5,959 bases of DNA from Ostreococcus tauri (lineage: Eukaryota), in assembly GCA_000214015.2 (NCBI GenBank), contig CAID01000015.2, positions 355,323 to 361,281 on the forward strand. The letters are read 5' to 3'. Under the pieces are notes generated by a model. That model worked only from the letters and a program-made list of their open reading frames with translations. It was not told the origin of the DNA and ran no database searches. This document shows, one piece after another, positions 5,104 to 5,959 of the stretch. How positions within the stretch are numbered: the stretch's first letter is position 1; every line of letters begins with the position of its first letter. Position numbers and translations under genes: made by a program.

Positions 5104-5604
5104 TCACGCCTCGGATCCGTCGTTGCCGTCGTCGTTGACGCCTCGAAACGCCGTCGCGACGAGACTCGCGCACGCCGTCGCCGTGAGCGCGTATCGCGTG
5201 GGCATCATCCACTTCGGGTATCCACCGCCGATGGCGTACAGCGTGTCCACGCCGGCAGCCATGGCGAGTCCTCCGATCAGGGTCCCGCACGCGGCGACTT
5301 CGCTCGTCGGCGTCACCGCCATCGCTTGCCACGCCAACAGACTCGGCGCGACCCCCCACGCGTACCGCGTCGCCATCTGCGCGGGCGTCATCGACGCTCG
5401 CTGACAATTCATCGCGTAGCCCCAGTGTATGCCACCGAGAAAGCTCAGGACGCTCGCCCCGTACGCGATCTGCGCGCGCGCCACCGTCTTCGGCTCGAAC
5501 ACCGCGCGCAGGCCCGGGAGGCGTCGAGAGACGTCCGGCGTGAGCGCGACGAACGGCACCGCGCCCAGGACCCCCAGGGCGTGCGGGGCGATCGCGCTCG
5601 ACAT
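5104..5604 (-). CDS. DUF3429-like multi-pass membrane protein; 166 aa with start at 5604 (alternative upstream ATG at 5754)
   Basis: MSSAIAPHALGVLGAVPFVALTP...AQIAYGASVLSFLGGIHWGYAM...YAWGVAPSLLAWQAMAV...GTLIGGLAMAAGVDTLY... The G..PF start and the YGA.(I/V)LSFLGG(I/V)HWG motif are what I remember for DUF3429, and there are about four hydrophobic segments. The track ORF begins at a TTG (5808). True ATGs in frame are at 5754 and 5604. I prefer 5604 because the segment upstream holds a 13-bp (non-triplet) tandem repeat and would overlap the next gene's ATG. Confidence 0.75.
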   Translation of the reverse strand: MSSAIAPHALGVLGAVPFVALTPDVSRRLPGLRAVFEPKTVARAQIAYGASVLSFLGGIHWGYAMNCQRASMTPAQMATRYAWGVAPSLLAWQAMAVTPTSEVAACGTLIGGLAMAAGVDTLYAIGGGYPKWMMPTRYALTATACASLVATAFRGVNDDGNDGSEA

Positions 5605-5743
5605 CGCTCGCGTGCGCGCGCGCGCTGACCGTGGATGAGCGACACGCGCGCGCGGCGTCGAGGGATGCGTCGACAGATGTCGTCGCGGTCGTCCGCGTCG
5701 GCAGTCCGCGTCGGCAGTCCGCGTCGCGCGCGCGTCGCGGGCG
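5605..5743. promoter_or_regulatory. 139-bp divergent intergenic region (if the DUF3429-like gene starts at 5604)
   Basis: It lies between the minus ATG (5604) and the plus ATG (5744). It is extremely GC-rich, with alternating (CG)n runs at about 5614-5626 and 5645-5654 and a 13-bp tandem repeat. Confidence 0.4.
5691..5726. repeat. 13-bp direct tandem repeat GCGTCGGCAGTCC (2 full copies plus partial copies on both sides)
   Basis: Direct reading gives gtcc|GCGTCGGCAGTCC(5695-5707)|GCGTCGGCAGTCC(5708-5720)|gcgtcg(5721-5726). Confidence 0.85.
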
Positions 5744-5959
5744 ATGGAGTACATCTCTCCGAACACGTCGGTGACGATCGAGGGACTCACGTCCAGGCCC
5801 GAGCTCAACGGCGCGCGAGGGGTGGTCAGGGAATACGCGCCGAGTCGCCAGAGGTACCGCGTGGAGACGGTCGCGAGCGATGGGACGTCGACGGAGATGT
5901 ACGTGCGACCGGAGAACGTGCGAGCGAGGGTGGGTGGGGAGGATGAGACGAACGCGCGC
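5744..5959 (+). CDS. Partial ORF (72 codons, continues past the right edge) beginning with a GL-x-S-x-PELNG-x-G-x-V type small domain
   Basis: The frame equal to 2 mod 3 is open from 5639 to the window end, and its first ATG is at 5744. Translation: MEYISPNTSVTIEGLTSRPELNGARGVVREYAPSRQRYRVETVASDGTSTEMYVRPENVRARVGGEDETNAR. The V.I.GL.s.pELNG..G.V..y....RY.V pattern is a module I have seen repeatedly in protist and algal proteins. It is not in the ORF track because it has no stop in the window. Confidence 0.6.
   Translation, partial: MEYISPNTSVTIEGLTSRPELNGARGVVREYAPSRQRYRVETVASDGTSTEMYVRPENVRARVGGEDETNAR

Noticed and set aside
5081-5645. ORFs 5081..5407 (-), 5087..5404 (+), 5326..5628 (+), 5429..5638 (+) and 5445..5645 (-)
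   Set aside because: All overlap the DUF3429-like frame, either antisense or out of frame. The products are Arg/Ala-rich with no hydrophobic-segment pattern or conserved motif.
5755-5808. Extreme N-terminus of track ORF 5104..5808 (MSSGLDVSPSIVTDVFGE)
   Set aside because: The 'M' is a TTG (complement of caa at 5806-5808), which is unlikely to be used in a eukaryotic nuclear gene. The segment is also antisense to the 5744 ORF.
5635-5946. Track ORF 5635..5946 (+, 103 aa)
   Set aside because: It is a low-complexity R/G-rich product in frame 1. The frame-2 reading from ATG 5744 gives a non-repetitive, domain-like sequence and stays open to the window edge.
1-5959. A prokaryotic-style novel system (defence island, toxin-antitoxin, CRISPR array, mobile element, operon)
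   Set aside because: The window contains a gene that only makes sense after removing seven GT..AG introns. It also shows organelle presequences and mixed divergent/convergent monocistronic packing. I saw no CRISPR-like spaced repeats, no tRNA/rRNA-like segments, no terminal inverted repeats, and no transposase, integrase or nuclease motifs in any frame.

Overview
This window is not prokaryotic. It reads as GC-rich, very compact eukaryotic nuclear DNA. The style (R/S/T/A-rich organelle presequences, tiny intergenic spacers, short AT-rich spliceosomal introns) suggests a picoplanktonic green alga of the Ostreococcus/Micromonas type; that assignment is inference only. I can support six protein-coding genes. 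(1) A WD40-repeat protein on the minus strand, 1..1024, runs off the left edge and is missing from the ORF track. (2) An inositol-monophosphatase-family gene on the plus strand, 1159..2705, has 8 exons and 7 introns of 53-112 nt. (3) A small acidic/basic low-complexity protein lies on the minus strand, 2771..3148. (4) A SAM-dependent methyltransferase with an N-terminal presequence lies on the plus strand, 3433..4371. (5) A DUF4399-like His-cluster protein with a twin-arginine, lumen-type presequence lies on the plus strand, 4471..5040. (6) A DUF3429-like membrane protein lies on the minus strand, 5104..5604. A seventh ORF starts at 5744 on the plus strand and runs off the right edge. Spacers are tiny: 63-65 bp between convergent stop codons, 99 bp between tandem genes, and 134-284 bp between divergent start codons. 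Many track ORFs are antisense or out-of-frame shadows typical of GC-rich DNA. I found no CRISPR array, tRNA/rRNA, transposon, or defence-type system, so I do not claim a novel system. The points most worth follow-up are: the concentration of all seven introns in one gene; an identical pure-A/T 13-mer in two of those introns; the adjacent trio of bacterial-type, presequence-bearing genes of mostly unknown function; and the start-codon and tandem-repeat ambiguity at 5605..5754. All family names come from remembered motifs, not from searches.
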